A stretch of DNA of 64,000 bases, from contig CAZVXT010000001.1 of assembly GCA_964631145.1 (NCBI GenBank), positions 393,237-457,236 on the forward strand, read 5' to 3'. Position numbers and translations under genes: made by a program. This DNA comes from an uncultured Candidatus Saccharibacteria bacterium (GTDB lineage Bacteria > Patescibacteriota > Doudnabacteria > UBA920). Positions 1 to 8,492 of this stretch are shown one piece after another; within the stretch, counting starts at the first letter, position 1; the number at the start of each line of letters is the position of its first letter. The notes below the pieces were generated by a model that was not told the origin of the DNA, did not search any database, and saw only the letters and a list, made by a program, of their open reading frames with translations.

Positions 1-1257
1 ATTTAGTTCGTCACCAAGGCGACTGCGAAGTCCTCCCAAAACTTTGTTTACTACTTCTCTGTCATCAGCGCCAAAGAATATTGCATCACCAATTTTGGCA
101 TTAGTTTTTGAAGTGATAGCTGTAATCTCTGTCTCAGACATAAATTTTAAGATTGGAGATTTTGGACCTTCTTCTGTCATAAGAATGTAGGCTAGCCCGC
201 CAGCTCCTAGTTTTTTTGCAAATTCAGTAAGATCATCGATTTGGCTGCGGGAAAAACTGCTCGCACCTGGAGCACATAATGCTTTGATTACTCCGCCATT
301 TTTTATAGCACTATTAAATACGCTAAATTCTGTGTTAGCAAAGTCTGGAGTTAGGTTGATCATTTCCATACCAAAACGCAAGTCTGGTTTGTCGCTACCA
401 TATTTATCCATAGCATCTGCATACGCAATACGAGGAATTTCCTGGGTAAGTAGTTGCTTATGTGCAAAATCCGTAACCAAAGATTTGATTAATGGTTCGA
501 TTGTCTGGCGAACTTCTTCACCATTTTCTATAAATGACATTTCTACATCAAGCTGGTAAAACTCTCCAGGGTGCCTATCAGCACGAGGGTCTTCGTCTCT
601 AAAGCATGGTGCAATCTGAAAATATCGTGGTAGTCCGCCTACCATTAATAATTGTTTAAATTGTTGAGGTGCTTGTGGGAGCGCATAGAATTGCCCTGGA
701 TGCAGACGGGATGGAACAAGATAATCGCGAGCTCCTTCTGGACTGCTAGATGTAAGTATAGGAGTAGTAACTTCTGTAAATTCTTTTTCATGCATAAACT
801 TTCGGATGGCCATATTAAACATATCGCGTTTTATTAGGCGATTTTGCATTTTGGTTCTGCGCAAATCTAAAAAGCGGTACTTAAGACGAAGTTCTTCGTT
901 TACTTCGGCACTGCCATGGCTAACAGGAAAAGGTAATATATCTGCTTTATTAAGGACCTCAATATTAGAAACCAATATTTCAATTTTTCCTGTACTTATA
1001 TTTGGATTTATCAGGCTTTCATCTCTTGTGGAGACTTTACCGCTAACTTTTATAACAGACTCATCTTTAAGTGATTGTGCAGTCTCAAAAGCCTGATTCT
1101 GTTCAGGTGAAATAGTTAACTGTACCAAATCAGTGTGATCGCGTAGATCAATAAAGATTAATCCTCCATGGTCACGGCTACTGTTAACCCAACCCGCAAG
1201 AGTTACTTCTTGCCCGATTTTGTCGCTGGTTTGAGAAATTAAAGTTCGGTTTTTCAT
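1..1257 (-). CDS. aspS: aspartyl-tRNA synthetase (partial; C-terminus runs off the window, start ATG at 1257)
   Basis: Hand translation of the minus strand gives MKNRTLISQTSDKIGQEVTLAGWVNSSRDHGGLIFIDLRDH..., an N-terminal OB anticodon-binding domain, and the class II motif QIAPCFRDEDPRADRHPGEFYQLDVEM. The + strand ORFs in the track here (284-559, 652-837, 806-1096) are antisense artefacts. Confidence 0.9.
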   Translation of the reverse strand, partial: MKNRTLISQTSDKIGQEVTLAGWVNSSRDHGGLIFIDLRDHTDLVQLTISPEQNQAFETAQSLKDESVIKVSGKVSTRDESLINPNISTGKIEILVSNIEVLNKADILPFPVSHGSAEVNEELRLKYRFLDLRRTKMQNRLIKRDMFNMAIRKFMHEKEFTEVTTPILTSSSPEGARDYLVPSRLHPGQFYALPQAPQQFKQLLMVGGLPRYFQIAPCFRDEDPRADRHPGEFYQLDVEMSFIENGEEVRQTIEPLIKSLVTDFAHKQLLTQEIPRIAYADAMDKYGSDKPDLRFGMEMINLTPDFANTEFSVFNSAIKNGGVIKALCAPGASSFSRSQIDDLTEFAKKLGAGGLAYILMTEEGPKSPILKFMSETEITAITSKTNAKIGDAIFFGADDREVVNKVLGGLRSRLGDELN

Positions 1258-1599
1258 ATCTGTATAATTAATTAGTGTTGAATTTAAAAATAAAAACACC
1301 CTTACAAAACACCAAAATTTATTAGTGTTTTGTAAGGGCGCTCTAAATAGTGTGCGCTGTGCCACCTTACTTCATTAATTTATTGCTAAATTAATCTCTT
1401 ATACCAGTATTTGTGACTGGTAAGGGTGATAACGGACCTGCCGAAGAGTTCTAATAACCTATAAGGCTTTCTTCTCTTTGCTCAGCTGTGTTTGCAGCTT
1501 CTTTGCATTTAATTAATTATACCATGGGTTAATTTATAAATGCAAATAAAAAAGGCTCTTTAAACAGGAGGTGACTTGTTTAAAAAAGAGCCTTAATTG

Positions 1600-1850
1600 A
1601 AAAGACCGCGAAAAAAAATAAAAAACAGTCTTTTCGGGCGATGGGGCAGTCGGTTATGAGCCGTTGCTTATCCATCTACAAGGCAGAAGGGCTCATGTCC
1701 TGGCATTATTACATTCTAAAGCCAGCATATTTAAGAAGTTTGCACATTCTTAAAAGTTTTTAGCTCAATCCGCTTGATCCTTAAATCCTCATTAAAATTG
1801 TGAGAAGTGCAGGAAAAACTGAAGCTTTTCAGCTTTTCCTGCTAGTTTTG
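1600..1850 (+). ncRNA. candidate structured ncRNA (unclassified) in a 720-bp ORF-free gap
   Basis: Several stable hairpins: atgagcc...ggctcat (7 bp), ctggc...gccag, gcaggaaaa...ttttcctgc followed by a T-run. No ORF of 60 aa or more on either strand; the gap is unusually long for this compact genome. Class not recognisable by eye. Confidence 0.2.
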
Positions 1851-1979
1851 GAGAAAACTATGATTAGTAAGTGATAAAATTTTATCAAACAACTGGCTTT
1901 TTGTCAAGCCATATTTTCTAGAAAATTTGGTATAATACTACTATAAAACTAATAAAAATTAATAGAAAAAATCAAAAAA

Positions 1980-2558
1980 ATGCTCAAAAAAATTGTCCTC
2001 GATTTAGAAACTCAAAAATCTTTTGATGAAGTTGGAGGAAGGGGAAAGAATCATTTATTAAAAATTTCAGTCTGCGGTATATATGATTATAGTCAAGATA
2101 AATATTTAATTTATGAAGAGCATGAATTGGCAAAACTGGCACCGATACTGCAAAGCGCTGATCAGATAATTGGTTTTAATATATTGGATTTTGATTTTGA
2201 GGTTTTGCAGCCTTATATGAACTTTAGCTTGGCTGAGATCCCTGCTTACGATTTGTTAAAAGAGATAGAGAAAGTAATTGGACATAGAATTTCTTTGGAA
2301 TCAGTCGCACAAGGAACGTTGGGTAGCGGTAAATCGGGAAATGGTTTAGAAGCAATTTTATATTATAAAAACAATCGCATGGATTTGTTAAAAAAATATT
2401 GTTTAAAAGATGTAGAGGTGACAAGGAAGGTTTATGAGTACGCTTTAAAAAATCAAAAATTATTATACAAAGATTATTTTGCTATGAAAGAATTGCCATT
2501 ACAGTGCCAAGAACCTCAAAGTAGAATGGGTGTACAAATTCAAGAGGTTTTATTTTGA
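1980..2558 (+). CDS. DEDDy-type 3'-5' exonuclease (RNase D / proofreading-like fold)
   Basis: Exo I LDLETQ, Exo II GFNILDFDFEVL and Exo III YCLKD motifs in the correct order. Its 4-nt overlap with lgt implies an operon. Confidence 0.65.
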   Translation: MLKKIVLDLETQKSFDEVGGRGKNHLLKISVCGIYDYSQDKYLIYEEHELAKLAPILQSADQIIGFNILDFDFEVLQPYMNFSLAEIPAYDLLKEIEKVIGHRISLESVAQGTLGSGKSGNGLEAILYYKNNRMDLLKKYCLKDVEVTRKVYEYALKNQKLLYKDYFAMKELPLQCQEPQSRMGVQIQEVLF

Positions 2559-3439
2559 AATATTTTAAAGAAAATTTAGTTTTGATTTTGGCACTGTTGC
2601 TTTACTTGGTAGTATCTGTATTTTTGTTAGGCTTTGTTTTTCCTGGAGCGTTGGTATTACCGCAGAGTTTTAATCTCGGATATCTAACCGTGCATTATTA
2701 TGGAATATGTTTGGCTGTAGGTTTTTTATTAGGATTTGGATTGCTATATTCAAAGAAAGATCTTTATAATTTAAATTCTAAGCAATATGAAGGGTTGATC
2801 TGGTATTTATTAATCAGTGGATTTGTTGGTGCAAGAATTTATCATGTTTTATCTCACGCTGATTATTATTTTTATAATTTAGCAGAAATTTTAAAAGTTT
2901 GGTCAGGTGGACTTAGTATATTTGGAGCATTGCTTGGCGGTTTGATTGGATTATATATATGGAACAAAAATAATTCTAATACACATAGCTTTACACGATT
3001 ATTGGATTTCCTTGTCCCAGGGTTAGCGCTTGCTCAAAGTTTTGGAAGATTGGGTAATGCTTTTAATTATGAATATCATGGGCTTCCTACGAGCGTACCA
3101 TGGGCTATGTTTGTACCAGAAAGCTTCCGATATTCTGACTTTTTTGATTATGCATTTTTTCACCCATTATTTTATTATGAAAGTTTTGTCTGTTTACTAT
3201 TAGCTTTAATTCTGCTAAAATTGCCAAGCTATAAAATATTTGAAAAGTATCAAAAACCTGGCAATTTGTTTGCTATTTACTTGATTTTATACTCTTGCTT
3301 TAGGATTGTCTTCGAATATATGAGGTTGGATAGCACTATAATTTATGGATTTAAATTTAACATAATCACTGCTTTAGTAGCTATAATTATAGGAATCTTG
3401 ATTATTTTTAGAAATTATAAATATGAGTTTTCTCAATAA
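2555..3439 (+). CDS. lgt: prolipoprotein diacylglyceryl transferase
   Basis: Polytopic membrane protein with the Lgt signature GARIYHVL...WSGGLSIFGALLGG...GRLGNAFNYE. Confidence 0.85.
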   Translation: MKYFKENLVLILALLLYLVVSVFLLGFVFPGALVLPQSFNLGYLTVHYYGICLAVGFLLGFGLLYSKKDLYNLNSKQYEGLIWYLLISGFVGARIYHVLSHADYYFYNLAEILKVWSGGLSIFGALLGGLIGLYIWNKNNSNTHSFTRLLDFLVPGLALAQSFGRLGNAFNYEYHGLPTSVPWAMFVPESFRYSDFFDYAFFHPLFYYESFVCLLLALILLKLPSYKIFEKYQKPGNLFAIYLILYSCFRIVFEYMRLDSTIIYGFKFNIITALVAIIIGILIIFRNYKYEFSQ

Positions 3440-4181
3440 TAATTTACAACATAAAATAGTAAGCATTTTCGCGGCTTTGGTTTTTGTTTTAAATGGAATT
3501 TACTTTTCAGGAAGCAATTTGGTTATCATTAATTGGATTGCTTCAGTTTTGTTATTTACCGCCGCGATTACTATTTATAATTATCTATATTTACAAAAAC
3601 AAGATAATTTTTCGTGGTGGCTAGTTTTGCGTTTTAGTTTGTTTATTTTTTTCTGGTTTTTAGTATTTGGATTAATTCCAAGCTTGGCTTTGAAAATCAT
3701 TTATCTAATAGCTAGCGGACTTTTGGTTTATTTCTTTGAAAACTTAATTGCTAATACCGGACAACAGTTTGAATGGAATTTTTTATTAGTATCTTTAATT
3801 ACATTTTTAATGGTTGTGTACGGGCTTGGTTTTTATTTCATGATTCCCGGCATGTTAGATTTTTTGATTATGTTTGTAGGTATATTGTTAATATTTAGAG
3901 TTTTCGTACATTCTGTTCCTAATGATGTAAATACCAAATGGTTTGTTGCAGCAGTAATGTCACTGGCGGCAGTAGAATTGTATTGGGGTTTGCAATTTTT
4001 ACCATTGCATTATTCTGTTTTGGCAATTATTGAATTTAATATACTGTACTTACTGTGGTCATTGTATTATCATTACTTATATAAGACTTTAACTATCAAG
4101 CAAATACAATTAAGCTTTTTAGTTGTAGTTGCAGTGTCTGTATTAGCGCTGCTAACTACTCCTTGGTCAATTATTTTATAA
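3423..4181 (+). CDS. hypothetical polytopic membrane protein
   Basis: Six or more hydrophobic helices and no recognisable motif. Overlaps lgt. Confidence 0.45.
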   Translation: MSFLNNNLQHKIVSIFAALVFVLNGIYFSGSNLVIINWIASVLLFTAAITIYNYLYLQKQDNFSWWLVLRFSLFIFFWFLVFGLIPSLALKIIYLIASGLLVYFFENLIANTGQQFEWNFLLVSLITFLMVVYGLGFYFMIPGMLDFLIMFVGILLIFRVFVHSVPNDVNTKWFVAAVMSLAAVELYWGLQFLPLHYSVLAIIEFNILYLLWSLYYHYLYKTLTIKQIQLSFLVVVAVSVLALLTTPWSIIL

Positions 4182-4184
4182 CTT

Positions 4185-5246
4185 ATGAAGAAACAATTTT
4201 GGATTTTGATTTTCATTGCTTTTTTAGCAAGCATGGTTTTTAATTTGATGTTCGGCGGATTAATTTCTGCCAAGCTATCTACGGTTCCAATTTTTGGGAA
4301 ATTGGGTCTCTTTAAAGCTAATGCTCCTATTGTAATTAATAATCGCGAGGTTGTTAGAGCTCCGGGTAATCAGGATATCGTTGATGCCGGTGATAAGATT
4401 AAGAATAAAATTTCTACTTTAGTAGCTGTAAAAGGTGATAATATAACTAACTTGGGTAATTTAGTTAATTGGACAGAAGATGGATATTTAGTAGGAAGCC
4501 AAAAAATATTTGTAGCTGCTCCAACTGGTGCTTCTTTGGGTGTGATAACAGATACAGGTGATTTTTACCCGGTGGATAAAACTTTTCCGGATGAATATTC
4601 TGGTTTGGTGGTTGTAAAAATTTCAGCTAGGGGATTGATTGTTTCTAATTTGAGTGATTATAAAAATTTGCGAGTAGGACAACAAGTTGTCGCCGTAGAT
4701 AAATTTTCTAACGGCAAAGATTACAGATTATTTTCTGGAAACATAAATAATTTAAACACAGATAGAAGTATGCAGATTTTGGAGTCTGATCGTTTTCAAA
4801 ATGGTTACGGAGTAGGGATGTTAATTCCAACTGCAGGAGCTGTATACTTTGACCTAGATGGAAAATTTTTGGGATTAGATGGTTATAGTGCTATTTTGCC
4901 TGGAGATATGATTAAAACTATTTTTGATCAATTTATTACAAATAATTCTACATTTAAACATTCAGCTTATGGTTTTTCTTATCAATACTTAAGTGATATT
5001 GAAGCTAAAGTTTTGCAAACTTCTAGCGGTTATAGAGTAATGGGTATGGCTAATAATAAGCCAGCTTCAACTGCAGGTTTAAAAGTAGGTGATATAATAA
5101 CCTCTTTTGGACAAAAGGATATAAAAGATGGGCAAAGTATATTTTCTGCTATGCTGCAAAAATATGTTCCTGGTCAGTCTGTGGAAATAAAAATTCTTAG
5201 AGAAGGCATTGAGCAAACTTTGACTATTTCTGCCGCCAACTTATAA
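4185..5246 (+). CDS. HtrA-like PDZ-domain protein; catalytic triad not evident, so probably an inactive S1C homologue
   Basis: N-terminal TM anchor and a C-terminal PDZ (GLKVGDIITSFGQKDIKDGQSIFSAMLQ...EIKILREG). Only one His in the whole protein and no GDSGG-like Ser motif. Confidence 0.5.
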   Translation: MKKQFWILIFIAFLASMVFNLMFGGLISAKLSTVPIFGKLGLFKANAPIVINNREVVRAPGNQDIVDAGDKIKNKISTLVAVKGDNITNLGNLVNWTEDGYLVGSQKIFVAAPTGASLGVITDTGDFYPVDKTFPDEYSGLVVVKISARGLIVSNLSDYKNLRVGQQVVAVDKFSNGKDYRLFSGNINNLNTDRSMQILESDRFQNGYGVGMLIPTAGAVYFDLDGKFLGLDGYSAILPGDMIKTIFDQFITNNSTFKHSAYGFSYQYLSDIEAKVLQTSSGYRVMGMANNKPASTAGLKVGDIITSFGQKDIKDGQSIFSAMLQKYVPGQSVEIKILREGIEQTLTISAANL

Positions 5247-5249
5247 ATT

Positions 5250-5280
5250 TAAAAAGCACTCTTATCGAGTGCTTTTTTAC
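5250..5280. terminator. bidirectional rho-independent terminator
   Basis: aaaaagcactc-ttatc-gagtgctttttt: a hairpin flanked by an A-run and a T-run, lying between convergent genes. Confidence 0.6.
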
Positions 5281-5297
5281 AAAACAAGCTTGATATT

Positions 5298-5927
5298 TTA
5301 TATCTCTCTACGTCCCTCTAAGGCTCTGCTTAGAGTAACATCATCAGCGTATTCTAAGTCGCTACCCATAGGAAGTCCTCTAGCTATTCTTGTAACTTTG
5401 ACAGGGCTATCTTGGAGCATTTTGACAATATGCATTGCTGTTGTTTCTCCTTCTAGTGTAGGGTTGGTGGCAATGATAATTTCTTCGGTCCCTTCTTGTT
5501 CGACTCTTGATTTAAGTGAGTCCAAATTTAACTGAGTTGGACCAATTCCTTCCATTGGGTTGAGAACTCCACCTAATACATGAAAGATACCATTAAATTG
5601 TCCAGAGCGATCTAGGGCGATTGCATCCAAGGGTTCTTCTACTACGCAAATTAGCTTTTGATTTCTTGATAAATTATGGCAAATGCTACATGGATCAGAT
5701 TCTGCCATGTTGTGGCAACGGGTACAAAAAACAATATCTTGCTTAAGATTTTTTAAGCTGTCAGAAAAATTAAGCAATTCAACATTGTCAGATTTTAATA
5801 AATAAAACCCAAGCCTTTGAGCAGACTTTTGTCCAATTCCTGGTAACTTATTAAATTCATTTATTAATCTTTGTAAAGAAGTTGGGAGTTTGAGCATTGA
5901 AATAACTAAATAGTCTTTATTAGCCAA
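5298..5927 (-). CDS. recR: recombination protein RecR
   Basis: HhH motif LPGIGQKSAQRL, a C4 zinc finger CTRCHN...CSICHN and a Toprim domain. Confidence 0.9.
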   Translation of the reverse strand: MANKDYLVISMLKLPTSLQRLINEFNKLPGIGQKSAQRLGFYLLKSDNVELLNFSDSLKNLKQDIVFCTRCHNMAESDPCSICHNLSRNQKLICVVEEPLDAIALDRSGQFNGIFHVLGGVLNPMEGIGPTQLNLDSLKSRVEQEGTEEIIIATNPTLEGETTAMHIVKMLQDSPVKVTRIARGLPMGSDLEYADDVTLSRALEGRREI

Positions 5928-7401
5928 AATTTTCGTCTTGATTTTGAGTTAGGCTTTGCATTACTTTGTCTGGGCTAGTATCGAAGGATCTGTCTAGATT
6001 GCGGAAAGAAGTTTTTTCTCCATCGAAGAATAAATCTACTTGACCTGTTGGTCCATTACGGTGTTTTTTGATGTGCAGTTCGGCAATATTTGGTCTACTA
6101 GACTCTTTGCCTTTATACATATCTTCACGATAAATAAACATTACAACATCGGCATCTTGTTCAATAGATCCAGATTCACGCAAGTCGGCTAATTGAGGTA
6201 CTTTATCTGGGCGATTTTCTACGCCACGAGAAAGCTGGGACAAAGCCAAAACTGGTACGTTAAGTTCGCGAGCTAAAATTTTGAGCGAGCGAGAGATTTC
6301 TGAAACTTCTTGAACACGGTTGTCTGTGTTGCGACCAGCCATTAACTGCAAATAATCAACTACAACCAAACCTAATTTGTGTTCAGCGGCAAGACGACGA
6401 GCTTTGGTTCTAATTTCCATAATATTTCCACCAGCGGCATCGTCAATATAGATTGGTGCTTCTGATAAAGTTCCCATAGCTTCGGACAGTGTTGCAAAGT
6501 CATCGTCGGTAAGCTGTCCAGTACGGATTTTCCAGAAGTCGACATTGCTTTCTGCGGCAAGCAAACGGTCTACAAGCTGGTCTTTACTCATTTCGAGAGA
6601 AAAGATTCCTGTTGGGGTTTTGGTGTGCACGGCTACATATCTCATAATATCTAGTGCTAAAGAAGTTTTTCCCATAGAAGGACGTGCGGCCAAAATAACA
6701 AGGTCGGATTTTTGTAGTCCACCAAGTTTTTTATCTAATTCTACAAACCCTGTTGGAACTCCGCGCAACTTTCCACGCTCACGATGTAGCTCGTCAATAC
6801 GCTCAAACGTTTCGTGTAAGACAGAACTAATTGGCACAAAGTTTTGTTGAAGATGCGATTGAGAAATATTAAAGAGTTTTTGTTCGGCTTTGTCGAGAAT
6901 GTTTTCAATTTCTCCTTCTTCCGAAAAAGCCATGTTTGTAATATCGTTTGCCGATTGTATAAGGCGGCGAAGAGTGCCTTTTTTGCGAACAATACTAGCG
7001 TAATAAGTAACATGAGCAGCACTTGGCACAGAGTTAACCAAGCTAGTTAGGTAACTGGTGCCACCAACGCGATCCATTTGCTTCTTTTCTTCAATATTAT
7101 TAGATACGGTCAATACATCGATAGAAACATTTTGTTCAAATAATTGAATTATTGCCTCATAAATTATTCTGTGTCTAAAGTCGTAAAAATCATCAGCTAC
7201 AATTTGATCACCGACTTTGACAATAGCATCCTTATCTAGCATAAGACAGCCTAGAAGAGCTGTTTCTGCTTCTAGGTTTTGTGGGGGTAGGCGGTCGATT
7301 GTATGGTTTCCTGTCATAAGATATTTACGCTTTAATTTTTGGTTAACTTCTTTGTCACATTTTCCGCTACTCGCTTCAGCGTACCAATAAGTACGCTTCA
7401 C
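5920..7401 (-). CDS. dnaB: replicative DNA helicase DnaB (GTG start at 7401; alternative ATG at about 7320)
   Basis: N-terminal PPQNLEAETALLGCLML and Walker A ARPSMGKTSLALDIM, with the RecA-like core and its H4/DnaB motifs. 8-nt overlap with recR. Confidence 0.9.
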   Translation of the reverse strand: MKRTYWYAEASSGKCDKEVNQKLKRKYLMTGNHTIDRLPPQNLEAETALLGCLMLDKDAIVKVGDQIVADDFYDFRHRIIYEAIIQLFEQNVSIDVLTVSNNIEEKKQMDRVGGTSYLTSLVNSVPSAAHVTYYASIVRKKGTLRRLIQSANDITNMAFSEEGEIENILDKAEQKLFNISQSHLQQNFVPISSVLHETFERIDELHRERGKLRGVPTGFVELDKKLGGLQKSDLVILAARPSMGKTSLALDIMRYVAVHTKTPTGIFSLEMSKDQLVDRLLAAESNVDFWKIRTGQLTDDDFATLSEAMGTLSEAPIYIDDAAGGNIMEIRTKARRLAAEHKLGLVVVDYLQLMAGRNTDNRVQEVSEISRSLKILARELNVPVLALSQLSRGVENRPDKVPQLADLRESGSIEQDADVVMFIYREDMYKGKESSRPNIAELHIKKHRNGPTGQVDLFFDGEKTSFRNLDRSFDTSPDKVMQSLTQNQDENFG

Positions 7402-7511
7402 TCGTTGCTCAAATGTTTTCTCGAATTTAACTCAAAAATTAAAGCATATTTTGAGTTAATTCAGAATCCTTGTTGTCATCTAATTGTAGCAAACTTTACC
7501 TTTTGTCTCAT

Positions 7512-7541
7512 CTTGACAGGATCATAGATTTTCGGCATAAT
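7512..7541 (+). promoter_or_regulatory. sigma70-like promoter (TTGACA-N18-ATAATA) for the small-protein operon
   Basis: ttgaca at 7512-7517 and ataata at 7536-7541, sitting upstream of a strong SD (aaagggggtttt) before 7579. Confidence 0.4.
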
Positions 7542-7578
7542 ATTACCAGTATATTTTAAAGCTACTAAAGGGGGTTTT

Positions 7579-7881
7579 ATGAAGGCTAAAGAATCTAAAA
7601 TCAGGTTTGAATTTGAAGAAAAGATATATAATCCACACCAAGAATATCGCGGACAGATATTTAATCTAAAAATTGGATACGAATTTTTAGAGGAAGTTTG
7701 TAAATTAGTTTATAAGTTAAATAAATGTATTACTACTAGCGATAATGGATTTACTGTGATAAATACACGACCTGAAAAAAATAGTGTTAGTTTATCTGTA
7801 GTTTATAATAATAAACAGCAAATTGAAAAATTCAGAAATGCGTTAGTAGATATAAAAATACGGCTAAGCCAAAATTTATAA
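7579..7881 (+). CDS. hypothetical small protein (100 aa), first gene of a four-gene small-protein operon
   Basis: Strong SD AAAGGGGG 6 nt upstream of the ATG. No recognisable domain. Confidence 0.5.
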   Translation: MKAKESKIRFEFEEKIYNPHQEYRGQIFNLKIGYEFLEEVCKLVYKLNKCITTSDNGFTVINTRPEKNSVSLSVVYNNKQQIEKFRNALVDIKIRLSQNL

Positions 7882-7921
7882 GCTTTTATAGGTAGAATAA
7901 ATTTTTGAAGGAGATTGTTAT

Positions 7922-8065
7922 ATGCCAAAAAATATTGAAGAAGATTTATTAGATACAAATATTAACAGCGAAGAAACAATTCTTAACATAGAAGAAGAAG
8001 TAAGGGAATCAAAACAATTTCGACAAGAGGAGGGTAAACTTTATGACAGCAATAACACCCGGTAA
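7922..8065 (+). CDS. hypothetical acidic micro-protein (47 aa, MPKNIEEDLLDTNINSEETILNIEEEVRESKQFRQEEGKLYDSNNTR)
   Basis: SD GGAG 7 nt upstream of the ATG. Found by hand translation; not in the ORF track because it is under 60 aa. Overlaps the next ORF. Confidence 0.35.
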   Translation: MPKNIEEDLLDTNINSEETILNIEEEVRESKQFRQEEGKLYDSNNTR

Positions 8066-8246
8066 AAGATTTGGAAAAGAAGAACATGAAATGCTTGCAG
8101 AAAAAAATATCTACAATGCACTTGGAGTGTTTATTTCTATTTTTGAAAAGAGTAACGGCGATTATAAACTTGCTAATCAGCATGCTCGTGATGCACACTT
8201 CAAATCTATAGAGAGATTTGAGAAAAGATATTCAAAAAATTATTAG
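8043..8246 (+). CDS. hypothetical small protein (67 aa)
   Basis: SD GGAGGG upstream. Charged and helical in composition. Confidence 0.45.
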   Translation: MTAITPGKRFGKEEHEMLAEKNIYNALGVFISIFEKSNGDYKLANQHARDAHFKSIERFEKRYSKNY

Positions 8247-8260
8247 ATTAGGAGGTTTAT

Positions 8261-8461
8261 ATGGCGGGTTTAACTTATAGTTCACGTGTCATAGATTTGG
8301 CTAAAGCACTACTAGATCATCCCATAAACAAAGAAACTGGTTTGGTAAAGGAAATTGATGTAAATCTTATGCCACTACTCCGGCAGATAGATGAAATAGA
8401 CATTAATTTTACATTGTTACTATTAGGAATTGCTAAAGCTAAAAATAATGATCAAAAATAA
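8261..8461 (+). CDS. hypothetical small protein (66 aa)
   Basis: SD AGGAGG at the correct spacing before the ATG. Followed directly by a terminator. Confidence 0.5.
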   Translation: MAGLTYSSRVIDLAKALLDHPINKETGLVKEIDVNLMPLLRQIDEIDINFTLLLLGIAKAKNNDQK

Positions 8462-8492
8462 AAGAGCGAATTATCGCTCTTATTTTTTTTGT
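8460..8492. terminator. bidirectional rho-independent terminator
   Basis: aaaag-agagcg-aattat-cgctct-tatttttttt, shared by the small-protein operon (+) and cysS (-). Confidence 0.6.

Noticed and set aside
284-1096. Three + strand ORFs from the track (91, 61 and 96 aa) inside the aspS region
   Set aside because: They lie antisense to a clearly coding, conserved AspRS reading frame on the minus strand. They are low-complexity artefacts of AT-rich DNA.
1609-1700. Possible RNase P RNA (cagtcg near the 5' end) or SRP RNA (caaggcag) identity for the hairpin region
   Set aside because: The universally conserved RNase P elements (GGAAAGUCCGGGC, ACAGAARYCGGCUUA) and the SRP domain IV GNRA-loop/AGCAGC context are absent. 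The resemblance is limited to 6-8-nt strings.
5495-5520. The string gttcgactc resembling a tRNA/tmRNA T-loop
   Set aside because: It lies inside the recR coding sequence with no acceptor or D-arm context. I scanned the intergenic regions for GTTCRANYC T-loop motifs on both strands and found none, so no tRNA is called.
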